A stretch of DNA of 64,000 bases from the human T2T-CHM13v2.0 reference genome, Homo sapiens (GCF_009914755.1 NC_060944.1), one strand, 5' to 3'; shown: positions 1-14,377, numbered from the stretch's first letter. Program-made: numbers and translations. Notes: generated by a model not told the origin, from the sequence alone.

Positions 1-82
1 TGAACAGGACAACTGTGGAAGGTGCTGTCTTTCAAGTTGGCTTATTTCCTGCCTAATTCTGACTCTGCCACCTGCCCCTTAC

Positions 83-233
83 ACCCTAGTTGCCCTGAAC
101 TCAGTCGAAAGAATTTTCCCGTCTAAAACTTCTTCTGGCAATAGAAAGTCACGACTTTTTGGTTTTTCTGGGATATTATTGACTGTGATTGTGTTGACAA
201 GAGTATGTGCCTTTCTCTTCCTTGTTTTGGTTT
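83..233 (-). other. Possible spliced exon (151 nt), coding status unknown
   Basis: Minus-strand acceptor TTGCTTTTGTAG| and donor GGT|GTAAGG; one frame open throughout; no recognised protein match. Confidence 0.25.
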
Positions 234-639
234 CTACAAAAGCAAGTATTATTTGTAGAGTGGACATATTATTTATCATCCAAATCAGGATACTTTCGAG
301 AGTAAAAGAGAGCACTAGTTATAATTATAGTTATAATTATACCACAGTATTAAGCATCAATTGAAACTATCTTAAGCAAATCAAGACATGGTTATGCTGA
401 TTATCTAATTAAAAATGTAGACCACCTCGAATCTTTCTACAAGTATGTGGATGTAAAAATAACACACAGGGTGAAAGAGAAAGACAGAGAGAAAGAGAGA
501 AAAAAAAGGGAGGGAGAGAGGGAAACAGGAAGATTAAGGATAAATCAAAGATCCATTTTGAGAGTCCTTTGTGGCACTTTACCTAAAACAGTTTTTTCCT
601 CCCCTTTCTCTGCCTCTTTCTTATGAGTGCATATAGGGT

Positions 640-725
640 TATTTAGCTTTTTATCTCCAGCCTATAACCCAGTGCCTCATATACACTAGAGAGTCAGTAA
701 ATAATTTTTAAATACATGAATGAGC
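640..725 (+). mobile_element. L2 3'-end fragment
   Basis: Degraded L2 tail motif CCCAGTGCCT..CACTAGAGAGTCAGTAAATA...ATGAATGA. Confidence 0.5.
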
Positions 726-929
726 AAGTTTCTCTATTAAAATTCTCCTAAAAATTCCATTTCCAAACTACTCTGGCCAATATGAAATTTTTCCTCCACT
801 CAAATCCTATGTCATCTCTAGTTTTAATTGCATAATTAAATATTTAATGAAATGCTTTTCTATTTTGTTGATTAATTTAGGCATGGGGATTCTATCTCTA
901 TTATATTGGTTCTATTAAAATGTACTCCT

Positions 930-1388
<459 letters not shown>

Positions 1389-1793
1389 CTCTTCCAGGGA
1401 AGAGATGGGGCCATTGCACTTACTAATATTTGAACAAAAAATAGTGACTTCATTATTTAATGACTTAAAAGCATGTTAACCCAAATATGGTAAAATGGTC
1501 ATGTCTGGTAGACTCATGAATGACATTCAATGTGCAGTGATACCAGATTTAAAAATTATTTTTCCCTGAAGCACTCTAATTTCAATATTTGAAACTATGT
1601 TTGTGGGGTATTCAGTTTTCTTTACTCCTTCATATGAGAGCGTATTGGCTATAGTGAAGTGGGTGGGGAAAAATGCCTGGAATTTAAATTTGAAAACCAT
1701 AGTTTAACAGATTTTCATGGGTTTTCTGAAAGATGACCTTCATTCACTGCTGTTATTAATATTCTTTTTTTGGATTTTATAATATAAAAGTTA

Positions 1794-2108
<315 letters not shown>

Positions 2109-2546
2109 TGTTAAATTGTGCTAGCAGGTAGCATTGGCAAAACTTCTAATTTATCCAGAAATATGAAGCTTGGCAGATCTTAGGCAAGTGTGTCAAAAGG
2201 GTACCTAGAGTAGATTTGACTTCCCTGCTTAAGGAAGACTTCATCCCCTCATGTCAGAGTTTATACTTGAAGACCTTGCATTGCTTGGTCCTTAGTTGAA
2301 AGTTCCCCAATCCAACTTTCAGCCCTTTCCCTTTGGAACACATTCAGTAACACACTGGTCCCCGGCCCCAGTCCTCTCATCTGTAATGGAGGCAAGTGCC
2401 ATGTTATAGCTTCTTTATGACTCTTGTCATCTTCTTTATTCCATCCTGACTTTCTGACCTGAAATGTTGGCAGTATTTGAAGATCTGGAACATAAGTTTT
2501 GCTTCACTTAAACCTGGTTTCTCATTGACTCAGGGTTCTCTTAGAC

Positions 2547-2740
2547 TAGCACTGTTCAATGGAACTATTCTACAAGGATGGAAATGTTTTATGTCTACCT
2601 TGTCCAAGATGTTAGCCCCTAGGCACATGTAGTTACTGGAATGTGGTTAGTGTAACTGAATAACTGAATTTTCAATTTTATTTTAATTTAATTAATTTAA
2701 ATAGCCATAGATAGCTAGTCCTATCATCTCGGACAGTGAA
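2547..2740 (+). mobile_element. MER3 (hAT-Charlie non-autonomous DNA transposon)
   Basis: GCACTGTTCAATGGAACT...GATGGAAATGTT...GGCACATGT...AACTGAATTTT...AATAGCCA...GGACAG follows the MER3 consensus. Confidence 0.85.
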
Positions 2741-2959
2741 CTACCTTTTCCTTCACAGATTTTATCTAAGTTACAGTTCCTGAGGAAAATAAAAATAAGC
2801 AAATATGCTATTTATTTATGATGACAATCACTGTTTAAACCACATGCCTCAATAGCCACCAAGACATTTAATGAAATTGTGACATACACTAGAATGTTGA
2901 CTTAAATCAAAGTCTTCCCTTGACTTTGATAATGCTGTCAACCTCTTGCTTTTAGTTTC

Positions 2960-3890
2960 ACTCCTTTCATCTCTTTAGGTACATACTGCCAAGTCTTAAT
3001 GTTGGAGATCCTCAGAAATAAGTCAAAGACCATTTCCCTTTCTAGCTCAGTATTCTGTTTCCAGTTTACCGCAATCATGCCTATAGCTTCAGTAATCTCT
3101 ACATCAATCACTTCCAAAGTTGTATCTTTAATACACACTTCTCTTTCAGGCTTTCTCAAATATAGCATGCTCAGAACTGAATGTGTGACCCCCTCACAAT
3201 CTTGTTCTTTACATCACTGAATAACACCAATCTAGATGGTCAAGCCAGAAAGCTAAGAACCATCCTTGACATCTCTATCTCCTTCCATTAATTCCCATGT
3301 CAAAGTCATCTCCAACTCCAGTTGTTTTCACTTGGAAAATAGCTTTCATATCCATTCACCTCACTTAATCTCCACTGTTGCCACTATGATCTAAGTTACC
3401 ATCGTCTCTTACCTGGATCTCCTGCTGGAAGTTTCTATGTGTCCATAGTCACACAGACCTATATGAACAGAGTTTTGTCACGTGTCATGCTCCCTCAAGT
3501 CTCAGAGCCTTTATAATGTCTCTAGAATTAAGGTTGCCCAAAATAAACTTCAAATTCACAACCCTCCCCTCCTCCCCTCTGCCCTGTCCCGCTCAACACC
3601 TGGTTCCTGGTTCATCTTGAAGTTTTATTCAGATCCTAAATCAGATGTCACTTCCTTAAGGTTAGTTTTCTTGATTCCCCAGATCATATCTGGACTCTGT
3701 TACACATTTTCCTATCACCTTGTACTTCCCCTTCTGAGCACTTATCATGATTATAATTAATTATCTTTAATATTGTCTCTGCTGTTAAAAAGATAACTTC
3801 CATGAAGGCAAGGATCTGTTTGTCTTATTCTTCACTTGATTCTTGGTGCTTGAGTAAGTACATGCACATAGTAAGTGCTCAATAAATTGA
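2960..3890 (+). mobile_element. L2 3' region
   Basis: L2 motifs CAAGCCAGAAAGCTAAGAACCATCCTTGAC, CTTCCATGAAGGCAAGGA, CACATAGTAAGTGCTCAATAAAT. Confidence 0.8.
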
Positions 3891-5834
3891 TTCCTTAGGT
3901 ACTTAATGTGAAGTTAATTGTATATTCTTACTGCCTAAGGTTAGTAAGCTGGACTGTCACTTTATATGTAGGTTAGGAAATTGACAGGAAAATGAATTTG
4001 GTAACTGTTATTCACATTTAATCTCAATCCTCAAAACTGAGTTTCTCTGTGAATAAAACAATAAGTTACTGGAAATGTGGAGTTTTCAAAACAAACTCTT
4101 GATGTAAACTTTTATACTTCTGTTATTGCAGGTGCAAACTTTCCAGCTGTTCTGTGATATTTTAAATGTGTTTCAAATTATTCATTTACTATTTTGAGTA
4201 GTTCATCTTGGATATAAATATATTTTAAAATTAGTTAACTTATTGATACTACTCTAATTATTATTTTTTAGAACAATGTTCTTCCAAGAGACCTTGTCAG
4301 AGACTCACCAATGCCATTAATTGACCATGGTTACTGAATTCCAAAGAGTCATCAATCCTTCAGGAATAATCTTTGGGATCAGTTGTCATTATTTATCTAG
4401 CATGACACCATCTACGAGCTATGTTATTCAAAAGTGGAACCTTTTCTATTTCCTGTGTCATTGTTTCCAAACACAAATTTGACAATTTCCATGCAGGAAG
4501 GGAACATGAGTGCTTCTGGACTTGTACATGAATTTTTTGTCTTTACCTATTAATTGCTCAACCGACCTTGTAACTAGCTTCCTCCCTTTGATCTGACACT
4601 TTCTTATTTCATGCTTGCAGATGTTTTTAAGTGTTCTAATATTCCCCCCCTGGGGAAACTGGATGTTTTGTGGTAGTTGATGACATAGTTTGCTAGGCCA
4701 CTATGGCTTTATTTCATAACTTTTTCTAGAAAGTAAACCATTTAGGTTGAGGACGACAAAAATTGTGGAGTTATACTAATCTAAATGTGAGATACTCTTC
4801 ATTGACTTTCCTGGTTGACAAGTTCTATCTATCTAGCTATCTAGCTATCTCTTTTTAAAAAATTGAAGCCATTTACATACGAATTACTTAAAGGAACTGG
4901 AGGCTTTTAAAGATTCAGAAAATCAATTTAAAAAATATGAATGTCCACGTTTTTGAGAATATTCAAAGCAAGTCACAATATCATTTAAAAATTAGCCATG
5001 TAGTAAATATCAAATAAATTATTAATGTATATTAATTTTATTGTATTTAGTAATTAAAATGGTGAAAAATCATGAAATATTTATACTCCTCTATGATCAA
5101 TAACTAGTTATACAAATCTTTTTTTAGGCCATAGAAAACTTTGGTTTTCTTTAATTAATGAGTTATTTCAACTAAACATTCAACCTTTGTTTCTAGAAGC
5201 ACACCTTTTTTTCATTTCCTAAGGCAAATTGTAGTTTATTGTAATTCTATTAATCATCAGACTTCGTTACTATTAAGCAACAACTGAGGAATTAAATAAA
5301 ATAAAACTTTTGAAATGAGGAACAACCGTTTCCAGGTGATTACAACAATAGTAATAATAACAACCATTCATATATTCTGTTAGCAGAATGAAAAAATGTA
5401 AATATAAGACCAAACTTCATTTAAAGCAAAGGTCTAGGTTTCATATGTGCATGAGAAATGGAAATTCAATTGCTAACCCAAATCTGAACTAAAGTCATAA
5501 TCAAACTAACTGAACTGTTCCAGTGTGTATGGGGGAGGGGACACTGGATGGTTTGCCTACTTTGGAGGAGGGTGTTAGTTATTAAAGCCATACACTTCAA
5601 CAGAATAATTACTAAATTCAAGAGATTGATTGAAGGGGCCATTCAGATTATATACCATATGCTATTCTAAATTTTTGAATGGCTATTAAAAAAAAAGAAA
5701 AAACACGGGTTCAGATTTTTTTTCCCTATTAAAATGCACCCTGATGAATGTCTCTGGGAACACACACATTGTCCTCATTCAGGCATACCTGTGTTCTATG
5801 GTATACTTGTCTTGAAGGCATGTTATTTAGTATG

Positions 5835-6056
5835 GGGATAGAGAATTTAGTTCTCTGCCTCAGGTGCAATCCTGGCCTGTCCCTTTATTACCTCGGGCAT
5901 ATCACTTAACCTCGCTGAAGTTTAGCTTCCTCCTCTTGTAAACCGTAGGAATAATTACACCTAATTCTTCACATACCTGTGTGGATTAAACAAGATAATT
6001 CATGAAATTACACCATGAGTGTTCACTAAGTACTAATTTTTGTTAGTTCTATTATT
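5835..6056 (+). mobile_element. MIR
   Basis: AATCCTGGC...CCTCGGGCATATCACTTAACCTC...GGATTAAACAAGATAAT. Confidence 0.8.
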
Positions 6057-6620
6057 CACCCCATGGACTTTGAATGAGTTCTCTTGGTTGGGCTTCAAGG
6101 CCTTTACATTTATTGTTGCAATATTATCATCAGAAAAGGGTGTAGTATTAGCTTCCCTATGACCGCATTTGGTAGTGTGAGTCCTGGTGTCAGTGTATTT
6201 GGGTTTCTAAGAAGACTAGACATCAGGACCAGATTGGCTGCTTCTGCCAAAAGAAACAAACCACTTCAATTTCATTAGCACAGCCCTGCAAATAGCTTTT
6301 CAAGTAGTCAGGGAAGTAAAAGTTCTATTGAGCTTGGGGCTATTTTGCATTATCTCCAAGGGACACTTTCTCCCTGGAGAGGCCACCTGCATCTTATAAT
6401 TTAAGAGGGTCTCTCTGCTAAGTCCTGGAGTTTCCACACAGCTGCTGAAGACAGACACACATTCCTAGCATTTGGCATCACAAAGGGAGCTCAAAGACCA
6501 GGCGGGAATCTTGCTGTCATTTTGTCAATTCCTTGTCTGTTTTTCCCCAGGCTTCCCCAAAATTTCCATTAATCTTGGAGCCAAGAAATACAACACAATC
6601 AGCTTATGCAGTAGTCTTTG

Positions 6621-7398
6621 AAAAACTTAAACTTTTTATTTAGAGGTAATTGTAGGTTCACTTGCAGTTAGAAGAAATAATATAGAGAAATCCCATGCAC
6701 TAAGCATCCTTTACCAAGTTTCCCCTTATGGGGAAGTTAAGATACAAAACAATCTCATCACCACAAAAATTCCTCTTGTTTAGCTTTTATACCATATCTC
6801 CCTCCCATTTCACCCTCTCCCCCATCTCCAATCCCTGGCAAGCAAGCACTAATCGCTTCCATTTCTATAATTTTGTCATTTTGAAAATATAATATAAATT
6901 ACATCATACAATGTATAACCTTTTGGCATTATCTTTTTTGATTCAGCATAATGCTCTGGAGATTCATCCCAGATGTGGGTGCATCAATAGTTTGTTCCTT
7001 TTCACTGCTAAGTAGTGTTCCATGATATAGATGAAGGACATCTGGATTGTTTGCAATTTTAGGATAATATGAATAAATCTGTTATGAATAGTTATGTGCA
7101 GGTTTTTATGTGAACCTAGGTTTCTGCTTCTCTGTAATAAATGCCAAGAGTGCGATTGCTCGGTGGTATTGTAATTACATGTTTAGTTTTATGAGAAACT
7201 GCCAAGCTGTTTTCCAGGGTGACTGTACCATGTACATTCCACCAGCAATCTATGAGGAATGTAGTCTATCTGCATCCTCTCCAGTATTTGTTGTTGTTAC
7301 TATTTTTAATTTTAGGTATTCTGACAGGTGTGTAGCAATACCTCATTGTGGCTTTACTTGGCATTTCCTCAATGGCTAATAATGCTGAACACCCTTCT
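6621..7398 (-). mobile_element. L1MB-type 3' end, 5'-truncated
   Basis: Antisense L1M 3' UTR (TTTTATTTAGAGGTAATTGTAGGTTCAC...GAAACTGCCAAGCTGTTTTCCAG); candidate TSD CAGTAGTCTTT (6609) / CAGCAGTCTTT (7399). Confidence 0.85.
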
Positions 7399-7999
7399 CA
7401 GCAGTCTTTTGCAGATGGTATACTTTAAGAGCTAGTATGCCGTCTGAAAGGGGTATCCACTTTGGTAATTGAGACCAAAATTAATTTGTCTGGATGAGAA
7501 TCAGGTCTGAAAAAGAGAGAGAGTGTGTGAGCTGTAGTATGCTTCATCTTGAACTCAGGTTTCCTGAATCCAAGCCAAGTGAGCTTAACCAGACCCTACC
7601 ACTAGTATACATCAGAGATGATTTACTTGCTCTGAATTGGGTGGTAAAATAGAGCAGTTTGATGGCCAGTTAAGAATATATGAGTAATATAGTGATTCTC
7701 TGTGTAATATCTAGCAATTTAGTGTCTACTGGGAAATCAATAAATAATTGAATTTTTATACATACATTTTATATATATGTAAATTTACATACATATATGT
7801 AAATATCTGCATATAGGTGTATCTATGTCTCTCTAGCTATCTATTTATCTAGAGAGGAGATGTATTCTTCCAAAAAACTTACATCTTTTTTTTTCTAAAG
7901 TAGGCACATTAGAAGTTTTGTTTCACCATTTACAGCAGGGAATATATTAAGAACATAGTGTTCTTATTATCTCAAGTTAATCTCCAATGTTGGTAGACA

Positions 8000-8541
8000 T
8001 CCCTTAATCAACTATCAATGGGGACAATGCTACATCATCCTATTTGGAGAAGCCTCAAATAGGATACATCGGGAAGAACAAAACATCACTGCTATTGTAT
8101 TTCTGCCCAAAATTCACAAACAAAATCTAATGATAAACAATCAGACCTACATAAATAAAGGGAAATTTCATAGAATAACAGGTCTGTACTCTCGAAAAAA
8201 AATCAAGGTCTTGAAAGTCAAAAGAAGAGCTTCAAGATTAAAGAGAGCTAAAGAGCCTTTGCTCAGAATAAAGACTACTGCAGAGATGATGAACAGTATG
8301 TGTGACTGAGACATCCAAATCCTCAGAGAGGCTGCATTGCATTATTGAGAAAGTTGATGAAATCAAAATATGGCCTATGAATTAATTACATTTAAGTTTC
8401 CTTGTTTTCATCATTGTATTGTTTTAATGATCTTTGTATGCCTTATGTATGGGCACAAAGTCCTTGTTGCTAGGAAATAAACACTGAATTATTCAGAACA
8501 TAATGCCTGCAACTTACTCTCAAAAGGTTCAAGCACTACAA

Positions 8542-8588
<47 letters not shown>

Positions 8589-8718
8589 GAAAGACAGGAA
8601 ATAATAAAGGAAATCAAGTAAAATGTAAACTATTTGTGCATCTGGATTAAGAATGTGTGGAAGTTTTTTGTACTATTCTTATAACTTTTCTCTAAATTTG
8701 AATTTATATTAACTAAAA
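8000..8718 (+). mobile_element. Old L1 3' UTR (L1MC4/5-like)
   Basis: ACAAAACATCACT...TATTTCTGCCCAAAAT...TGCAACTTACTCTCAAAAGGTTC...TGTACTATTCTTATAACTTTTCT. Confidence 0.65.
8544..8585. repeat. (GT)21 microsatellite
   Basis: Uninterrupted GT run. Confidence 0.98.
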
Positions 8719-9991
8719 TCCCCTCCACCCCCAACAAAAGAAAGGAAACCCATGCCTGTTCAATGTATTCTGTAGTTCTCATTAAGTATTAATAGGGTCA
8801 GTAATGAAGGTCCTGGTGGAAGAAGGAGTTCACCCTCTTAATATGCAGATGAGGAGACAGAAGCTCCCAGAAGTGGAATACCCTCTCAGGTGCTTCCCAG
8901 GAGGGTGATGGAGGAGCTGGGACTGAAGGTGCCTTCTGATGCTTTCCAGTGGCCCTTGCTTGAGCTCTGGCTAGGCTCACACACAGAGCAGGGAAAATGG
9001 TAGTCAAGGGCTCTGTTTACAGTGAGAGACTTTATGGGGAGTGGGAGGAGAAGTGAGGTGAACTGAGAATTGTAGAAAATTTCAGAGGTTCAGAATTTAC
9101 ACATGTATCATGACTCCTTACTCTGCTCTGAGAGATGTCACACCACTTTGACTTTGCTAAGAGACACACTCTTTCTATTTGAACCTAAAAAAGGACAAAA
9201 TTCTGATGAACACCTCCAAAGCCAGCTGTTGTGCAGACCCAGCTTGTAGATGGAGTAAAAATAATCCAAAAACGTGCTCAATACAGGAAGGGGTAAACAA
9301 TGAATGTATCTAATTCAGAAGGAAGGTATTTCAAAGGCAGGGGCTGATGTGGCCAGTAAAAGAAATAGTTACAAGATGGAATACGTACTAAGTGAAATGC
9401 ACCCCAGAAGTAATCTCAAGTAAGACAGGATATTTATTTTATATTTATAGACTCATGGAGAAGCTAAGCCTTTCCGATTGTGAGCCTACACTGGCAGTTT
9501 CTTCCATGTGCAGATAGCCCTAAGCACCTGCTTGTAGACATTAACAGGTTAGGAGACATGCAATTAATAGCTGGAAGGTCATAGTTCCTGAGGTGATCTC
9601 CAGAGCTGAACTCTAGTGCTGAGCATGACAGCTAGCACAGTTTACTCAACATGTTGCTGTTTAAATAGACTTCAATATGCTTTCTCGTTTACCTGTCACA
9701 GAAACCCTCCGGATAGACTATCTTGAGAGAGGCAGGGCTTGAGCTCCACCACTTGATATAAACCAGCGCTCTTTTCATCCCAAGATGAGGCAAATTCCCA
9801 GAGATGATCTCCCCCTGCACCCAGTGTATTTACAGAAAGGGTGAAGGCCAAAAGTTGGGCCCTTGAAACCAAAGAGCAAATGTATTGCCACCCCTGGAAT
9901 ACAGGATCTTTTAGATGCTGGTGTCTCATGGCCATTAGAAGAAGATATTTTAAATCTAAATATTGGAAGGAGTAAATAAGGATCTACTTTC

Positions 9992-10330
9992 AATCATTCA
10001 ACAAATATTTATTGAGCATTTACTATGTTACAGGCACAGTGCGAGGCTACGCAGACACAACCTTGAGCAATACAGGTGTGCATTTTGCACTTGTGGTACA
10101 TATAGGCTAGGGGACAAATAGATAAAAGCAACTCTGCAGCATGTATTCTAAAGAAGAAGCCCAAAGGGACAGGAGGTGGGATAGCAGGGGTCCAGCTCTG
10201 TCCTAGAGACCAGGAAGTCCTCCTGGAGGAAGTGAGATAGAAGGCCTGGGGTGGGGATGGGATGAGAGGAGAGAGAGCTTTTCAGGCACAGAGAACAGCT
10301 AAAGAAAATATATATCTGTATGACTTGTTT
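9992..10330 (-). mobile_element. L2 3' end
   Basis: CATTCAACAAATATTTATTGAGCATTTACTATGTTACAGGCAC. Confidence 0.8.
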
Positions 10331-10499
10331 CTGTGGCTGAAACAGTAAGGACTTTAATGGGAAGTGACCTCCAACCACACCCTCACTTCCTCCTAACCAC
10401 GAACACACTCATTTTTCCCATTCAAATTCCCAGAAATGCTATTAACAGGAATCTTTTACCATTATTTTCAAAAGTAGCCTTGAAATGATTTATTTTGTC

Positions 10500-10620
10500 A
10501 AGTTCTCAGCAGAGAGAACTGCTAACACTAATTAAATCAGAACCTCAGGCAGTGGTACCAGGCATGAGTATTGTTTAAAGCTTCCCAGGTGATCCCAAAG
10601 TTCAGTATAGTCAAGCTTGG
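10500..10620. mobile_element. MER5-type fragment
   Basis: AATTAAATCAGAACCTC...CCAGGCATGAGTATT..TTAAAGCTTCCCAGGTGAT. Confidence 0.6.
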
Positions 10621-10832
10621 GACTTTAAACCCATTCTTGATTATGGACGCTGGTTAAGACAGGGAGAAAAAACAACTCTGGCACTGAGAGGTGGGGGGGA
10701 ATGGTGAAGAGCTATGTTCTAGCTTCTGAGGTTTGTAAAATATGTTATGGAAGTGAAGTGAGTGATGCCCAGAGAACCCAGGATAATGTCCTCATTTGGG
10801 GTCTTTATAAAATTTAATTTTGAGCATTTATA

Positions 10833-11535
10833 TATATATATTTATTTCCATAGGTTTTTGGGGAACAGGCGGTGTTTGGTTACATGAGTAAATTCTTTAG
10901 TGGTGATTTGTGAGATTTTGGTGCACCCATCACCTGAGCAGTATACACTGTACCCAATTTTTAGTGTTTTATCCCTCACCCCCTCCCACCATTTCCCCCA
11001 AGTCTCCAAAGTCCATTGGATCATTCTTATGCCTTTTCATCCTTATAGGTTCACTCCCACTTATGAGTGAGAACATATGATGCTTGGTCTTCCATTCCTG
11101 AGCTACTTCACTTAGATTAATGGTCTCCAGTTCTATTCAGGTTGCTGAAAATGCCATTATTTCATTCCTTTTTTATGGCTGAATAGTATTCCATGGTGTA
11201 GATAAAGCACAATTTCTTTATCCATTCATTGATTCATGGGCATTTGGGCTGGTTCCATATTTTTGCAACTGCAAATTATGCTGCTAAAAACATGCATGTG
11301 CAAGTATCTTTTTCATATAATGACTCCTTTCCTCTGGGTAGATACCCAGTAGTGGGATTGCTAAATCAAATGGTAATTCTACTTTCAGTTTTTTAAGGAA
11401 TCTTCACACTGTTTTCCATAATGGCTGTACTAGTTTACATTCCCACCAGCAGTGTAAAAATGTTCCCTTTTCACCACATCCCTGCCAACATTTATTATTT
11501 TTTGATTATTACCAGTCTTTAAGGAGTAAGATGGT
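10833..11535 (-). mobile_element. L1PB 3' segment of a 5'-inverted insertion
   Basis: TTTATTTCCATAGGTTTTTGGGGAACAGG...GGTGCACCCATCACCTGAGCAG is the L1PB 3' end in antisense. Confidence 0.92.
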
Positions 11536-11864
11536 CTTCAAGGCCAAAAAACCCAAAAGCAAATGCAACGAAAACAGTGACAAATAGGTGGGACTTAATG
11601 AAATAGGAAGTTTCTGCACAGCAAAAGAAACAATCAGCAGAGCGAACAGACAACCCACAGAGTCAGAGACAATGTTCACAATCTATACATCTGACAAAGG
11701 ACTAACATCCAGAATCTATAAGGAACTCAAACAAATTAGCATTGAAAAAAAAAACAACAAACAAATTCCATCCAAAAAAATGGGCTAAGGATGTGAATAG
11801 ACAATTCTGAAAAGAAGATATACAAATGGCCAATAAACATATGAAAAAATGCTCACCATCACTA
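11536..11864 (+). mobile_element. L1PB ORF2 segment, inverted part of the same insertion
   Basis: Translates as L1 ORF2 C-terminal remnant ([13 protein letters not shown]...[16 protein letters not shown]); shares TSD TTGAGCAT(T/C)T(A/G)TA at 10820 and 11865. Confidence 0.9.
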
Positions 11865-11898
11865 TTGAGCATCTGTATTTGACTATGAAAAGATTGAG

Positions 11899-12208
11899 GG
11901 CTAGATGTGGTGGCTTATACCTCTAATCCCAGTGCTTTGAGGGGCTGAGGCAGGAGCATCATTTGAGCCCAGCCTGGAATTTGGGACCAGCCTGGGCAAT
12001 ATAATAAGACCCTGTCTCTACAAAAAAATTGAAAACATTAAAACAATTAGCTAGGTGTGTGATGTGCACCTGTAGTTCCAGCTAGTCAGGAGGCTAAAGC
12101 AGGAGGTTTGCTTGATCCTGGGAGATCAAGGCTGTAGTGAGCTATGATCCTGCCACTGCCATCCAGCCTGGGTGACAAAGTGAGAACCCTGTCTCTAAAA
12201 ATAAAAAA
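11899..12208 (+). mobile_element. AluJ
   Basis: Diverged dimer with J diagnostics (TTGAGCCCAG, CTGGGCAA, GAGCTATGATC, GAGAACCCTGTCTC). Confidence 0.93.
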
Positions 12209-14377
12209 CATCAGGAGCTCAATGTTCAGGATGCCAATGCAGACTTTTCACTGTTGTTGCTGGAGAAGGAAGAGGGGAGTAGACGGTGTGAGCCCCGGAG
12301 AATTCTCTTCTGGCAACATCTTCCTGTAGAAAACACTGTGACAAAGCTGTGAATCCCCAAAATTCATTCCTTGATAACAATTGTGTTTGCACTACATAGC
12401 CTGAAGCAAAGCTAGCAGAGGTAATAGCTGTTGAAAAAAAAATTAACGGGCACGATGACTGATCTATAGCTTCATCATAACATAAATTATAACAGGAGAC
12501 GGAGGGAATGGCTTTTTGGAAGTCCTGCTTTTCTGCAGAGGTGCAAGGCCCTTGCTGCTTTTCCAGCTATTGTTAAGTTTGCTAAAAATAAGATCTGTGC
12601 AATATGTAAACATCACCCCGCCCCAAGTAAAAATATGGATTATTCAGATGCTAGAGGCAGGAGAGAGTCAGATGTTGGCCTAAGGCCTTAAGTTCATGTC
12701 CCTGACAGGCTCTGAGCTTGTCAAAACTGCTCTTCAATCCCCTTGCTAATAGCATGGTGTGCTTCAGTAACTGAATTGGTCACGTAATTAGCATACTCCT
12801 CTGGCTGGGAAGAAATCTGCGGGTACACTCTAAATTAAAGAAAACCAACTTGTTGTGCCAGGTTATATAATTTAATGAAGAATCTGTAGACGGTGCCTTT
12901 TAAAAAGTATGATTTTGGGTATAAAATTAAGCACTCACGCCTAACGTTTCTCTTTTAGCTCTCAGCCAAGGCTCACTGTTGTGTAAATGAATTAAATGCA
13001 GCCAAAGGCCCATCTGCTTCACAGGACAGAATCAAATGAGACCTGGATGCTTGGGGTCTATTTGCCCTTGTTTTGTAGCATCTTGGGCAAACCAGCACTG
13101 ATGTGCAATGTGAGAGGCGAATATTTCTGCTTTTATCATTGTTGTAAGCCACATATTTTTTTCTTACCTCTTCTCTGTTTGTTCTTTAAACAACAAAAAA
13201 TCTGGTGGTAGATCCATCTGACCTCACTGAGTCCAAAATGGCATCTCCCTCTCCTTGTTCTTCCTCTCTGGCCGCTCCTTTATTTTTCTTCTTTTCTTTT
13301 TCTCTTTCATCTGGCTTCTCCACCCAAAAAGCCAAGGGAAGTGAGGTAACAATAACTTTGTTGCATTTCACCTGGCCCACCCAGAGAAAATCTATTTCTA
13401 GGCAAATGCGGAAAACCCAAACCTTGTGGAACGCAACCGGCCCTTTAATCTAACATCCTCTGTGAGCTGCAGAGTCTAATGTTTAATTTGAAAAACAATC
13501 TGAAAATAGCATGAAAGGAAACGTGGAATTTGCATAGCTATATATATGTTTAAGATAGTCATAGTCGTTTTGGAAAATACTGTGTTTGAGAGCTGACCCT
13601 TTACTTGAAGTTGCCCGAATTTTCTGGACTCCTCTGAGATAAGGAGTGTAATTTTCAGTTGAGTGATGGTTGCTTTTCTGCACAGTCGTCTTGATATTAA
13701 GGAGTCAGAAGTCCAAGCCTGTCATTTTGGAAAACTGAATGCTGATATTCAGAGCTGTTTGAATGACCAAAACTAAAGTCACAATGACAACGAGGTTCTA
13801 GTTTATTTCTAATATTCATTGGATTGCCACGCTTTTGAGAATCTTGTTAAAAATCTTCTGTTTTCTCTTCCTTTCCTTTTATCTTTCTTCCATCTCTTTC
13901 TCTCCTTTTCTTTGCCATTTTCATGGCCTTTTAAAACATCTTTTTCTGCATATTTCTTTTTTTTTTCAAAGTTTAAATTGCACTAAAATCTTTATATAGG
14001 CATGGCCTAAGTTTGGTTTATTCCAGCCCAGTTGCCTACAGATGAAATCCTTTCTCCATAAGCCCTTTGAAGGACAACTTCCATTTCCAAAGCCTTAAAT
14101 TTAATAGCTGGAGAAAAGACAAACAAAATCTCTACTGTTTCAGGCTTCCTAACATTTCTACCATATTCAAGGTGCCTTTAAAACAATCTTTCTGAAAGGT
14201 GCTGGGAACTCAGATATCAAGCATAAGCTCTTCATTTGGTGAGAGACGCTCAGCAGGTTAAGGAGACAAGGCAGAGAGTGCAGAGGTGTAAAAATTTAAG
14301 GGTGATTTCAAACCAGTATATATGCCTCTAGGAAAAGGATTTTAATCTTGGGATCCATGGATCGAAGTCAAGGAGTT

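Noticed and set aside
4110-4625. Strong + strand acceptors (TTATTGCAG| at 4130, GCTTGCAG| at 4620) and similar at 40140
   Set aside because: No convincing paired donor or open frame; isolated splice-like motifs are common.
11588-11788. ORF with reverse-transcriptase-protein-like sequence
   Set aside because: Decayed L1 ORF2 fragment within a truncated, inverted L1PB; not a functional CDS.
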